DNA of 64,000 nucleotides from Auanema rhodensis. Lineage: Eukaryota > Animalia > Nematoda. The notes below the pieces were generated by a model. It saw only the letters and a list, made by a program, of their open reading frames with translations, made no database searches and was not told where the DNA came from. Positions 27,051 through 41,800 of the stretch are shown piece by piece. The position numbers and the translations under genes were made by a program. Where the stretch lies: contig OZ059900.1 in assembly GCA_964057225.1 (NCBI GenBank), positions 7,316,001 through 7,380,000 of the forward strand, read 5' to 3'. The first letter of the stretch is position 1. Each line of letters starts with the position of its first letter.

Positions 27051-30000
27051 AGAATGTTCATATAGGTGTATTTTGCACGAATATCAAAACTGATTGAAAT
27101 ATGGGCCTTTTTATGCTCAAAACGCCATATATTCAACGATTTTGGGTACAAAACATGTGAAAACTGTATGTTTTGATCAGACCCTTTGAGATATGGATTT
27201 GAAATTCAGGATTCATAAACTTTGACTATTTTTACATATATATGTCCAATTTTAACCACTTTGGTCAAAAAGGACCGAAAATATCAAGAATTATTGGTTT
27301 TTTGGGGTTTGAAGGACATTTTGGCTAAATCAGTCAAACTTTTGATCTTAAGCATATTTTTTTCTTCTAAAACGACTAAATGTATGAAATACTGTCATAG
27401 AATGTTCATATAGGTGTATTTTGCACGAATATCAAAACTGATTGAAATATGGGCCTTTTTATGTTCAAAACGCCATATATTCAACGATTTTGGGTACAAA
27501 ACATGTGAAAACTGTATGTTTTGATCAGACCCTTTGAGATATGGATTTGAAATTCAGGATTCATAAACTTTGACTATTTTTACATATATATGTCCAATTT
27601 TAACCACTTTGGTCAAAAAGGACAGAAAATATCAAGAATTATTGGTTTTTTGGGGATTGAAGGGCATTTTGGCAAAATCAGTCAAACTTTTGATCTTAAG
27701 CATATTTTTTTCTTCTAAAACGACTAAATGTATGAAATACTGTCATAGAATGTTCATATAGGTGTATTTTGCACGAATATCAAAACTGATTGAAATATGG
27801 GCCTTTTTATGCTCAAAACGCCATATATTCAACGATTTTGGGTTCAAAACATGTGAAAACTGTATGTTTTGATCAGACCCTTTGAGATATGGATTTGAAA
27901 TTCAGGATTCATAAACTTTGACTATTTTTACATATATATGTCCAATTTTAACCACTTTGGTCAAAAAGGACCGAAAATATCAAGAATTATTGGTTTTTTG
28001 GGGTTTGAAGGACATTTTGGCTAAATCAGTCAAACTTTTGATCTTAAGCATATTTTTTTCTTCTAAAACGACTAAATGTATGAAATACTGTCATAGAATG
28101 TTCATATAGGTGTATTTTGCACGAATATCAAAACTGATTGAAATATGGGCCTTTTTATGCTCAAAACGCCATATATTCAACGATTTTGGGTACAAAACAT
28201 GTGAAAACTGTATGTTTTGATCAGACCCTTTGAGATATGGATTTGAAATTCAGGATTCATAAACTTTGACTATTTTTACATATATATGTCCAATTTTAAC
28301 CACTTTGGTCAAAAAGGACCGAAAATATCAAGAATTATTGGTTTTTTGGGGTTTGAAGGACATTTTGGCTAAATCAGTCAAACTTTTGATCTTAAGCATA
28401 TTTTTTTCTTCTAAAACGACTAAATGTATGAAATACTGTCATAGAATGTTCATATAGGTGTATTTTGCACGAATATCAAAACTGATTGAAATATGGGCCT
28501 TTTTATGTTCAAAACGCCATATATTCAACGATTTTGGGTACAAAACATGTGAAAACTGTATGTTTTGATCAGACCCTTTGAGATATGGATTTGAAATTCA
28601 GGATTCATAAACTTTGACTATTTTTACATATATATGTCCAATTTTAACCACTTTGGTCAAAAAGGACAGAAAATATCAAGAATTATTGGTTTTTTGGGGA
28701 TTGAAGGGCATTTTGGCAAAATCAGTCAAACTTTTGATCTTAAGCATATTTTTTTCTTCTAAAACGACTAAATGTATGAAATACTGTCATAGAATGTTCA
28801 TATAGGTGTATTTTGCACGAATATCAAAACTGATTGAAATATGGGCCTTTTTATGCTCAAAACGCCATATATTCAACGATTTTGGGTTCAAAACATGTGA
28901 AAACTGTATGTTTTGATCAGACCCTTTGAGATATGGATTTGAAATTCAGGATTCATAAACTTTGACTATTTTTACATATATATGTCCAATTTTAACCACT
29001 TTGGTCAAAAAGGACCGAAAATATCAAGAATTATTGGTTTTTTGGGGTTTGAAGGGCATTTTGGCTAAATCAGTCAAACTTTTGATCTTAAGCATATTTT
29101 TTTCTTCTAAAACGACTAAATGTATGAAATACTGTCATAAAATGTTCATATAGGTGTATTTTGCACGAATATCAAAACTGATTGAAATATGGGCCTTTTT
29201 ATGCTCAAAACGCCATATATTCAACGATTTTGGGTTCAAAACATGTGAAAACTGTATGTTTTGATCAGACCCTTTGAGATATGGATTTGAAATTCAGGAT
29301 TCATAAACTTTGACTATTTTTACATATATATGTTCAATTTTAACCACTTTGGTCAAAAAGGACCGAAAATATCAAGAATTATTGGTTTTTTGGGGTTTGA
29401 AGGGCATTTTGGCTAAATCAGTCAAACTTTTGATCTTAAGCATATTTTTTTCTTCTAAAACGACTAAATGTATGAAATACTGTCATAGAATGTTGATATA
29501 GGTGTATTTTGCACGAATATCAAAACTGATTGAAATATGGGCCTTTTTATGTTCAAAACGCCATATATTCAACGATTTTGGGTACAAAACATGTGAAAAC
29601 TGTATGTTTTGATCAGACCCTTTGAGATATGGATTTGAAATTCAGGATTCATAAACTTTGACTATTTTTACATATATATGTCCAATTTTAACCACTTTGG
29701 TCAAAAAGGACCGAAAATATCAAGAATTATTGGTTTTTTGGGGTTTGAAGGACATTTTGGCTAAATCAGTCAAACTTTTGATCTTAAGCATATTTTTTTC
29801 TTCTAAAACGACTAAATGTATGAAATACTGTCATAGAATGTTCATATAGGTCTATTTTGCACGAATATCAAAACTGATTGAAATATGGGCCTTTTTATGT
29901 TCAAAACGCCATATATTCAACGATTTTGGGTACAAAACATGTGAAAACTGTATGTTTTGATCAGACCCTTTGAGATATGGATTTGAAATTCAGGATTCAT

Positions 30001-33000
30001 AAACTTTGACTATTTTTACATATATATGTCCAATTTTAACCACTTTGGTCAAAAAGGACCGAAAATATCAAGAATTATTGGTTTTTTGGGGTTTGAAGGG
30101 CATTTTGGCTAAATCAGTCAAACTTTTGATCTTAAGCATATTTTTTTCTTCTAAAACGACTAAATGTATGAAATACTGTCATAGAATGTTCATATAGGTG
30201 TATTTTGCACGAATATCAAAACTGATTGAAATATGGGCCTTTTTATGCTCAAAACGCCATATATTCAACGATTTTGGGTTCAAAACATGTGAAAACTGTA
30301 TGTTTTGATCAGACCCTTTGAGATATGGATTTGAAATTCAGGATTCATAAACTTTGACTATTTTTACATATATATGTTCAATTTTAACCACTTTGGTCAA
30401 AAAGGACCGAAAATATCAAGAATTATTGGTTTTTTGGGGTTTGAAGGGCATTTTGGCTAAATCAGTCAAACTTTTGATCTTAAGCATATTTTTTTCTTCT
30501 AAAACGACTAAATGTATGAAATACTGTCATAGAATGTTGATATAGGTGTATTTTGCACGAATATCAAAACTGATTGAAATATGGGCCTTTTTATGTTCAA
30601 AACGCCATATATTCAACGATTTTGGGTACAAAACATGTGAAAACTGTATGTTTTGATCAGACCCTTTGAGATATGGATTTGAAATTCAGGATTCATAAAC
30701 TTTGACTATTTTTACATATATATGTCCAATTTTAACCACTTTGGTCAAAAAGGACCGAAAATATCAAGAATTTTTGGTTTTTTGGGGTTTGAAGGACATT
30801 TTGGCTAAATCAGTCAAACTTTTGATCTTAAGCATATTTTTTTCTTCTAAAACGACTAAATGTATGAAATACTGTCATAGAATGTTCATATAGGTCTATT
30901 TTGCACGAATATCAAAACTGATTGAAATATGGGCCTTTTTATGTTCAAAACGCCATATATTCAACGATTTTGGGTACAAAACATGTGAAAACTGTATGTT
31001 TTGATCAGACCCTTTGAGATATGGATTTGAAATTCAGGATTCATAAACTTTGACTATTTTTACATATATATGTCCAATTTCAACCACTTTGGTCAAAAAG
31101 GACCGAAAATATCAAGAATTATTGGTTTTTTGGGGTTTGAAGGGCATTTTGGCAAAATCAGTCAAACTTTTGATCTTAAGCATATTTTTTTCTTCTAAAA
31201 CGACTAAATGTATGAAATACTGTCAAAGAATGTTCATATAGGTGTATTTTGCACGAATATCAAAACTGATTGAAATATGGGCCTTTTTATGCTCAAAACG
31301 CCATATATTCAACGATTTTGGGTACAAAACATGTGAAAACTGTATGTTTTGATCAGACCCTTTGAGATATGGATTTGAAATTCAGGATTCATAAACTTTG
31401 ACTATTTTCACATATATATGTCCAATTTCAACCACTTTGGTCAAAAAGGACCGAAAATATCAAGAATTATTGGTTTTTTGGGGTTTGAAGGGCATTTTGG
31501 CTGAATCAGTCAAACTTTTGATCTTAAGCATATTTTTTTTTTCTAAAACGACTAAATGTATGAAATACTGTCATAGAATGTTCATATAGGTGTATTTTGC
31601 ACGAATATCAAAACTGATTGAAATATGGGCCTTTTTATGCTCAAAACGCCATATATTCAACGATTTTGGGTACAAAACATGTGAAAACTGTATGTTTTGA
31701 TCAGACCCTTTGAGATATGGATTTGAAATTCAGGATTCATAAACTTTGACTATTTTTACATATATATGTTCAATTGTAACCACTTTGGTCAAAAAGGACC
31801 GAAAATATCAAGAATTATTGGTTTTTTGGGGTTTGAAGGGCATTTTGGCTAAATCAGTCAAACTTTTGATCTTAAGCATATTTTTTTCTTCTAAAACGAC
31901 TAAATGTATGAAATACTGTCATAGAATGTTGATATAGGTGTATTTTGCACGAATATCAAAACTGATTGAAATATGGGCCTTTTTATGCTCAAAACGCCAT
32001 ATATTCAACGATTTTGGGTACAAAACATGTGAAAACTGTATGTTTTGATCAGACCCTTTGAGATATGGATTTGGAATTCAGGATTCATAAACTTTGACTA
32101 TTTTTACATATATATGTTCAATTTTAACCACTTTGGTCAAAAAGGACCGAAAATATCAAGAATTATTGGTTTTTTGGGGTTTGAAGGGCATTTTGGCTAA
32201 ATCAGTCAAACTTTTGATCTTAAGCATATTTTTTTCTTCTAAAACGACTAAATGTATGAAATACTGTCATAGAATGTTCATATAGGTGTATTTTGCACGA
32301 ATATCAAAACTGATTGAAATATGGGCCTTTTTATGCTCAAAACGCCATATATTCAACGATTTTGGGTACAAAACATGTGAAAACTGTATGTTTTGATCAG
32401 ACCCTTTGAGATATGGATTTGAAATTCAGGATTCATAAACTTTGACTATTTTTACATATATATGTCCAATTTTAACCACTTTGGTCAAAAAGGACCGAAA
32501 ATATCAAGAATTATTGGTTTTTTGGGGATTGAAGGGCATTTTGGCAAAATCAGTCAAACTTTTGATCTTAAGCATATTTTTTTCTTCTAAAACGACTAAA
32601 TGTATGAAATACTGTCATAGAATGTTCATATAGGTGTATTTTGCACGAATATCAAAACTGATTGAAATATGGGCCTTTTTATGCTCAAAACGCCATATAT
32701 TCAACGATTTTGGGTTCAAAACATGTGAAAACTGTATGTTTTGATCAGACCCTTTGAGATATGGATTTGAAATTCAGGATTCATAAACTTTGACTATTTT
32801 TACATATATATGTCCAATTTTAACCACTTTGGTCAAAAAGGACCGAAAATATCAAGAATTATTGGTTTTTTGGGGTTTGAAGGGCATTTTGGCTAAATCA
32901 GTCAAACTTTTGATCTTAAGCATATTTTTTTCTTCTAAAACGACTAAATGTATGAAATACTGTCATAGAATGTTCATATAGGTGTATTTTGCACGAATAT

Positions 33001-33756
33001 CAAAACTGATTGAAATATGGGCCTTTTTATGCTCAAAACGCCATATATTCAACGATTTTGGGTTCAAAACATGTGAAAACTGTATGTTTTGATCAGATCC
33101 TTTGAGATATGGATTTGAAATTCAGGATTCATAAACTTTGACTATTTTTACATATATATGTTCAATTTTAACCACTTTGGTCAAAAAGGACCGAAAATAT
33201 CAAGAATTATTGGTTTTTTGGGGTTTGAAGGGCATTTTGGCTAAATCAGTCAAACTTTTGATCTTAAGCATATTTTTTTCTTCTAAAACGACTAAATGTA
33301 TGAAATACTGTCATAGAATGTTGATATAGGTGTATTTTGCACGAATATCAAAACTGATTGAAATATGGGCCTTTTTATGTTCAAAACGCCATATATTCAA
33401 CGATTTTGGGTACAAAACATGTGAAAACTGTATGTTTTGATCAGACCCTTTGAGATATGGATTTGAAATTCAGGATTCATAAACTTTGACTATTTTTACA
33501 TATATATGTCCAATTTTAACCACTTTGGTCAAAAAGGACCGAAAATATCAAGAATTATTGGTTTTTTGGGGTTTGAAGGACATTTTGGCTAAATCAGTCA
33601 AACTTTTGATCTTAAGCATATTTTTTTCTTCTAAAACGACTAAATGTATGAAATACTGTCATAGAATGTTCATATAGGTCTATTTTGCACGAATATCAAA
33701 ACTGATTGAAATATGGGCCTTTTTATGTTCAAAACGCCATATATTCAACGATTTTG

Positions 33757-35844
33757 GGTACAAAACATGTGAAAACTGTATGTTTTGATCAGACCCTTTG
33801 AGATATGGATTTGAAATTCAGGATTCATAAACTTTGACTATTTTTACATATATATGTCCAATTTTAACCACTTTGGTCAAAAAGGACCGAAAATATCAAG
33901 AATTATTGGTTTTTTGGGGATTGAAGGGCATTTTGGCAAAATCAGTCAAACTTTTGATCTTAAGCATATTTTTTTCTTCTAAAACGACTAAATGTATGAA
34001 ATACTGTCATAGAATGTTCATATAGGTGTATTTTGCACGAATATCAAAACTGATTGAAATATGGGCCTTTTTATGCTCAAAACGCCATATATTCAACGAT
34101 TTTGGGTTCAAAACATGTGAAAACTGTATGTTTTGATCAGACCCTTTGAGATATGGATTTGAAATTCAGGATTCATAAACTTTGACTATTTTTACATATA
34201 TATGTTCAATTTTAACCACTTTGGTCAAAAAGGACCGAAAATATCAAGAATTATTGGTTTTTTGGGGTTTGAAGGGCATTTTGGCTAAATCAGTCAAACT
34301 TTTGATCTTAAGCATATTTTTTTCTTCTAAAACGACTAAATGTATGAAATACTGTCATAGAATGTTCATATAGGTGTATTTTGCACGAATATCAAAACTG
34401 ATTGAAATATGGGCCTTTTTATGCTCAAAACGCCATATATTCAACGATTTTGGGTACAAAACATGTGAAAACTGTATGTTTTGATCAGACCCTTTGAGAT
34501 ATGGATTTGAAATTCAGGATTCATAAACTTTGACTATTTTTACATATATATGTCCAATTTTAACCACTTCGGTCAAAAAGGACCGAAAATATCAAGAATT
34601 ATTGGTTTTTTGGGGATTGAAGGGCATTTTGGCGAAATCAGTCAAACTTTTGATCTTAAGCATATTTTTTTCTTCTAAAATGACTAAATGTATGAAATAC
34701 TGTCATAGAATGTTCAAATAGGTGTATTTTGCACGAATATCAAAACTGATTGAAATATGGGCCTTTTTATGTTCAAAACGCCATATATTCAACGATTTTG
34801 GGTACAAAACATGTGAAAACTGTATGTTTTGATCAGACCCTTTGAGATATGGATTTGAAATTCAGGATTCATAAACTTTGACTATTTTTACATATATATG
34901 TCCAATTTTAACCACTTTGGTCAAAAAGGACCGAAAATATCAAGAATTATTGGTTTTTTGGGGATTGAAGGGCATTTTGGCAAAATCAGTCAAACTTTTG
35001 ATCTTAAGCATATTTTTTTCTTCTAAAACGACTAAATGTATGAAATACTGTCATAGAATGTTCATATAGGTGTATTTTGCACGAATATCAAAACTGATTG
35101 AAATATGGGCCTTTTTATGCTCAAAACGCCATATATTCAACGATTTTGGGTTCAAAACATGTGAAAACTGTATGTTTTGATCAGACCCTTTGAGATATGG
35201 ATTTGAAATTCAGGATTCATAAACTTTGACTATTTTTACATATATATGTTCAATTTTAACCACTTTGGTCAAAAAGGACCGAAAATATCAAGAATTATTG
35301 GTTTTTTGGGGTTTGAAGGGCATTTTGGCTAAATCAGTCAAACTTTTGATCTTAAGCATATTTTTTTCTTCTAAAACGACTAAATGTATGAAATACTGTC
35401 ATAGAATGTTCATATAGGTGTATTTTGCACGAATATCAAAACTGATTGAAATATGGGCCTTTTTATGCTCAAAACGCCATATATTCAACGATTTTGGGTA
35501 CAAAACATGTGAAAACTGTATGTTTTGATCAGACCCTTTGAGATATGGATTTGAAATTCAGGATTCATAAACTTTGACTATTTTTACATATATATGTCCA
35601 ATTTTAACCACTTCGGTCAAAAAGGACCGAAAATATCAAGAATTATTGGTTTTTTGGGGATTGAAGGGCATTTTGGCGAAATCAGTCAAACTTTTGATCT
35701 TAAGCATATTTTTTTCTTCTAAAATGACTAAATGTATGAAATACTGTCATAGAATGTTCAAATAGGTGTATTTTGCACGAATATCAAAACTGATTGAAAT
35801 ATGGGCCTTTTTATGCTCAAAACGCCATATATTCAACGATTTTG
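33757..35844. repeat. Tandem duplication of a 3-monomer unit (1044 bp)
   Basis: A monomer with four linked rare variants (TTCGGTC, GGCGAAA, AAAATGA, TTCAAATA) occurs at ORFs 34530 and 35574. Confidence 0.92.
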
Positions 35845-38800
35845 GGTTCAAAACATGTGAAAACTGTATGTTTTGATCAGACCCTTTGAGATATGGATTT
35901 GAAATTCAGGATTCATAAACTTTGACTATTTTTACATATATATGTTCAATTTTAACCACTTTGGTCAAAAAGGACCGAAAATATCAAGAATTATTGGTTT
36001 TTTGGGGTTTGAAGGGCATTTTGGCTAAATCAGTCAAACTTTTGATCTTAAGCATATTTTTTTCTTCTAAAACGACTAAATGCATGAAATACTGTCATAG
36101 AATGTTCATATAGGTGTATTTTGCACGAATATCAAAACTGATTGAAATATGGGCCTTTTTATGCTCAAAACGCCATATATTCAACGATTTTGGGTTCAAA
36201 ACATGTGAAAACTGTATGTTTTGATCAGACCCTTTGAGATATGGATTTGAAATTCAGGATTCATAAACTTTGACTATTTTTACATATATATGTTCAATTT
36301 TAACCACTTTGGTCAAAAAGGACCGAAAATATCAAGAATTATTGGTTTTTTGGGGTTTGAAGGGCATTTTGGCTAAATCAGTCAAACTTTTGATCTTAAG
36401 CATATTTTTTTCTTCTAAAACGACTAAATGTATGAAATACTGTCATAGAATGTTCATATAGGTGTATTTTGCACGAATATCAAAACTGATTGAAATATGG
36501 GCCTTTTTATGCTCAAAACGCCATATATTCAACGATTTTGGGTACAAAACATGTGAAAACTGTATGTTTTGATCAGACCCTTTGAGATATGGATTTGAAA
36601 TTCAGGATTCATAAACTTCGACTATTCCTACATATATATGTCCAATTTTAACCACTTTGGTCAAAAAGGACCGAAAATATCGAGAATTATTGGTTTTTTG
36701 GGGTTTGAAGGGCATTTTGGCAAAATCAGTCAAACTTTTGATCTTAAGCATATTTTTTTCTTCTAAAACGACTAAATGTATGAAATACTGTCGAAGAATG
36801 TTCATATAGGTGTATTTTGCACGAATATCAAAACTGATTGAAATATGGGCCTTTTTATGCTCAAAACGCCATATATTCAACGATTTTGGGTACAAAACAT
36901 GTGAAAACTGTATGTTTTGATCAGACCCTTTGAGATATGGATTTGAAATTCAGGATTCATAAACTTTGACTATTTTTACATATATATGTCCAATTTTAAC
37001 CACTTTGGTCAAAAAGGACCGAAAATATCAAGAATTATTGGTTTTTTGGGGATTGAAGGGCATTTTGGCAAAATCAGTCAAACTTTTGATCTTAAGCATA
37101 TTTTTTTCTTCTAAAACGACTAAATGTATGAAATACTGTCATAGAATGTTCATATAGGTGTATTTTGCACGAATATCAAAACTGATTGAAATATGGGCCT
37201 TTTTATGTTCAAAACGCCATATATTCAACGATTTTGGGTACAAAACATGTGAAAACTGTATGTTTTGATCAGACCCTTTGAGATATGGATTTGAAATTCA
37301 GGATTCATAAACTTCGACTATTTCTACATATATATGTCCAATTTTAACCACTTTGGTCAAAAAGGACCGAAAATATCAAGAATTATTGGTTTTTTGGGGT
37401 TTGAAGGGCATTTTGGCAAAATCAGTCAAACTTTTGATCTTAAGCATATTTTTTTCTTCTAAAACGACTAAATGTATGAAATACTGTCATAGAATGTTCA
37501 TATAGGTGTATTTTGCACGAATATCAAAACTGATTGAAATATGGGCCTTTTTATGCTCAAAACGCCATATATTCAACGATTTTGGGTACAAAACATGTGA
37601 AAACTGTATGTTTTGATCAGACCCTTTGAGATATGGATTTGAAATTCAGGATTCATAAACTTTGACTATTTTTACATTTATATGTCCAATTTTAACCACT
37701 TTGGTCAAAAAGGACCGAAAATATCAAGAATTATTGGTTTTTTGGGGATTGAAGGGCATTTTGGCAAAATCAGTCAAACTTTTGATCTTAAGCATATTTT
37801 TTTCTTCTAAAACGACTAAATGTATGAAATACTGTCATAGAATGTTCATATAGGTGTATTTTGCACGAATATCAAAACTGATTGAAATATGGGCCTTTTT
37901 ATGTTCAAAACGCCATATATTCAACGATTTTGGGTACAAAACATGTGAAAACTGTATGTTTTGATCAGACCCTTTGAGATATGGATTTGAAATTCAGGGT
38001 TCATAAACTTTGACTATTTTTACATATATATGTCCAATTTTAACCACTTTGGTCAAAAAGGACCGAAAATATCAAGAATTATTGGTTTTTTGGGGATTGA
38101 AGGGCATTTTGGCAAAATCAGTCAAACTTTTGATCTTAAGCATATTTTTTTCTTCTAAAACGACTAAATGTATGAAATACTGTCATAGAATGTTCAAATA
38201 GGTGTATTTTGCACGAATATCAAAACTGATTGAAATATGGGCCTTTTTATGCTCAAAACGCCATATATTCAACGATTTTGGGTTCAAAACATGTGAAAAC
38301 TGTATGTTTTGATCAGACCCTTTGAGATATGGATTTGAAATTCAGGATTCATAAACTTTGACTATTTTTACATATATATGTTCAATTTTAACCACTTTGG
38401 TCAAAAAGGACCGAAAATATCAAGAATTATTGGTTTTTTGGGGTTTGAAGGGCATTTTGGCTAAATCAGTCAAACTTTTGATCTTAAGCATATTTTTTTC
38501 TTCTAAAACGACTAAATGTATGAAATACTGTCATAGAATGTTCATATAGGTGTATTTTGCACGAATATCAAAACTGATTGAAATATGGGCCTTTTTATGT
38601 TCAAAACGCCATATATTCAACGATTTTGGGTACAAAACATGTGAAAACTGTATGTTTTGATCAGACCCTTTGAGATATGGATTTGAAATTCAGGATTCAT
38701 AAACTTTGACTATTTTTACATATATATGTCCAATTTTAACCACTTTGGTCAAAAAGGACCGAAAATATCAAGAATTATTGGTTTTTTGGGGTTTGAAGGA

Positions 38801-41800
38801 CATTTTGGATAAATCAGTCAAACTTTTGATCTTAAGCATATTTTTTTCTTCTAAAACGACTAAATGTATGAAATACTGTCATAGAATGTTCATATAGGTC
38901 TATTTTGCACGAATATCAAAACTGATTGAAATATGGGCCTTTTTATGTTCAAAACGCCATATATTCAACGATTTTGGGTACAAAACATGTGAAAACTGTA
39001 TGTTTTGATCAGACCCTTTGAGATATGGATTTGAAATTCAGGATTCATAAACTTTGACTATTTTTACATATATATGTCCAATTTTAACCACTTTGGTCAA
39101 AAAGGACCGAAAATATCAAGAATTATTGGTTTTTTGGGGTTTGAAGGGCATTTTGGCAAAATCAGTCAAACTTTTGATCTTAAGCATATTTTTTTCTTCT
39201 AAAACGTTTAAATGTATGAAATACTGTCATAGAATGTTCATATAGGTGTATTTTGCACGAATATCAAAACTGATTGAAATATGGGCCTTTTTATGCTCAA
39301 AACGCCATATATTCAACGATTTTGGGTTCAAAACATGTGAAAACTGTATGTTTTGATCAGACCCTTTGAGATATGGATTTGAAATTCAGGATTCATAAAC
39401 TTTGACTATTTTTACATATATATGTTCAATTTTAACCACTTTGGTCAAAAAGGACCGAAAATATCAAGAATTATTGGTTTTTTGGGGTTTGAAGGGCATT
39501 TTGGCTAAATCAGTCAAACTTTTGATCTTAAGCATATTTTTTTCTTCTAAAACGACTAAATGTATGAAATACTGTCGAAGAATGTTCATATAGGTGTATT
39601 TTGCACGAATATCAAAACTGATTGAAATATGGGCCTTTTTATGCTCAAAACGCCATATATTCAACGATTTTGGGTACAAAAATGTGAAAACTGTATGTTT
39701 TGATCAGACCCTTTGAGATATGGATTTAAAATTCAGGATTCATAAAATTCGACTATTTTTACATATATATGTCAAATTTTAACCACTTTGGTCAAAAAGG
39801 ACCGAAAATATCAAGAATTATTGGTTTTTTGGGGTTTGAAGGGCATTTTGGCTAAATCAGTCAAACTTTTGATCTTAAGCATATTTTTTTTTTCTAAAAC
39901 GACTAAATGTATGAAATACTGTCATAGAATGTTGATATAGGTGTATTTTGCACGAATATCAAAACTGATTGAAATATGGGCCTTTTTATGTTCAAAACGC
40001 CATATATTCAACGATTTTGGGTACAAAACATGTGAAAACTGTATGTTTTGATCAGACCCTTTGAGATATGGATTTGAAATTCAGGATTCATAAACTTTGA
40101 CTATTTTTACATATATATGTCCAATTTTAACCACTTTGGTCAAAAAGGACCGAAAATATCAAGAATTATTGGTTTTTTGGGGTTTGAAGGACATTTTGGC
40201 TAAATCAGTCAAACTTTTGATCTTAAGCATATTTTTTTCTTCTAAAACGACTAAATGTATGAAATACTGTCATAGAATGTTCATATAGGTCTATTTTGCA
40301 CGAATATCAAAACTGATTGAAATATGGGCCTTTTTATGTTCAAAACGCCATATATTCAACGATTTTGGGTACAAAACATGTGAAAACTGTATGTTTTGAT
40401 CAGACCCTTTGAGATATGGATTTGAAATTCAGGATTCATAAACTTTGACTATTTTTACATATATATGTCCAATTTTAACCACTTTGGTCAAAAAGGACCG
40501 AAAATATCAAGAATTATTGGTTTTTTGGGGATTGAAGGGCATTTTGGCAAAATCAGTCAAACTTTTGATCTTAAGCATATTTTTTTCTTCTAAAACGACT
40601 AAATGTATGAAATACTGTCATAGAATGTTCATATAGGTGTATTTTGCACGAATATCAAAACTGATTGAAATATGGGCCTTTTTATGCTCAAAACGCCATA
40701 TATTCAACGATTTTGGGTTCAAAACATGTGAAAACTGTATGTTTTGATCAGACCCTTTGAGATATGGATTTGAAATTCAGGATTCATGAACTTTGACTAT
40801 TTTTACATATATATGTTCAATTTTAACCACTTTGGTCAAAAAGGACCGAAAATATCAAGAATTATTGGTTTTTTGGGGTTTGAAGGGCATTTTGGCTAAA
40901 TCAGTCAAACTTTTGATCTTAAGCATATTTTTTTCTTCTAAAACGACTAAATGTATGAAATACTGTCATAGAATGTTCATATAGGTGTATTTTGCACGAA
41001 TATCAAAACTGATTGAAATATGGGCCTTTTTATGCTCAAAACGCCATATATTCAACGATTTTGGGTACAAAACATGTGAAAACTGTATGTTTTGATCAGA
41101 CCCTTTGAGATATGGATTTGAAATTCAGGATTCATAAACTTCGACTATTTCTACATATATATGCCCAATTTTAACCACTTTGGTCAAAAAGGACCGAAAA
41201 TATCGAGAATTATTGGTTTTTTGGGGTTTGAAGGGCATTTTGGCAAAATCAGTCAAACTTTTGATCTTAAGCATATTTTTTTCTTCTAAAACGACTAAAT
41301 GTATGAAATACTGTCGAAGAATGTTCATATAGGTGTATTTTGCACGAATATCAAAACTGATTGAAATATGGGCCTTTTTATGCTCAAAACGCCATATATT
41401 CAACGATTTTGGGTACAAAACATGTGAAAACTGTATGTTTTGATCAGACCCTTTGAGATATGGATTTAAAATTCAGGATTCATAAAATTCGACTATTTTT
41501 ACATATATATGTCAAATTTTAACCACTTTGGTCAAAAAGGACCGAAAATATCAAGAATTATTGGTTTTTTGGGGTTTGAAGGGCATTTTGGCAAAATCAG
41601 TCAAACTTTTGATCTTAAGCATATTTTTTTCTTCTAAATCGACTAAATGTATGAAATACTGTCATAGAATGTTCATATAGGTGTATTTTGCACGAATATC
41701 AAAACTGATTGAAATATGGGCCTTTTTATGCTCAAAACGCCATATATTCAACGATTTTGGGTACAAAACATGTGAAAACTGTATGTTTTGATCAGACCCT

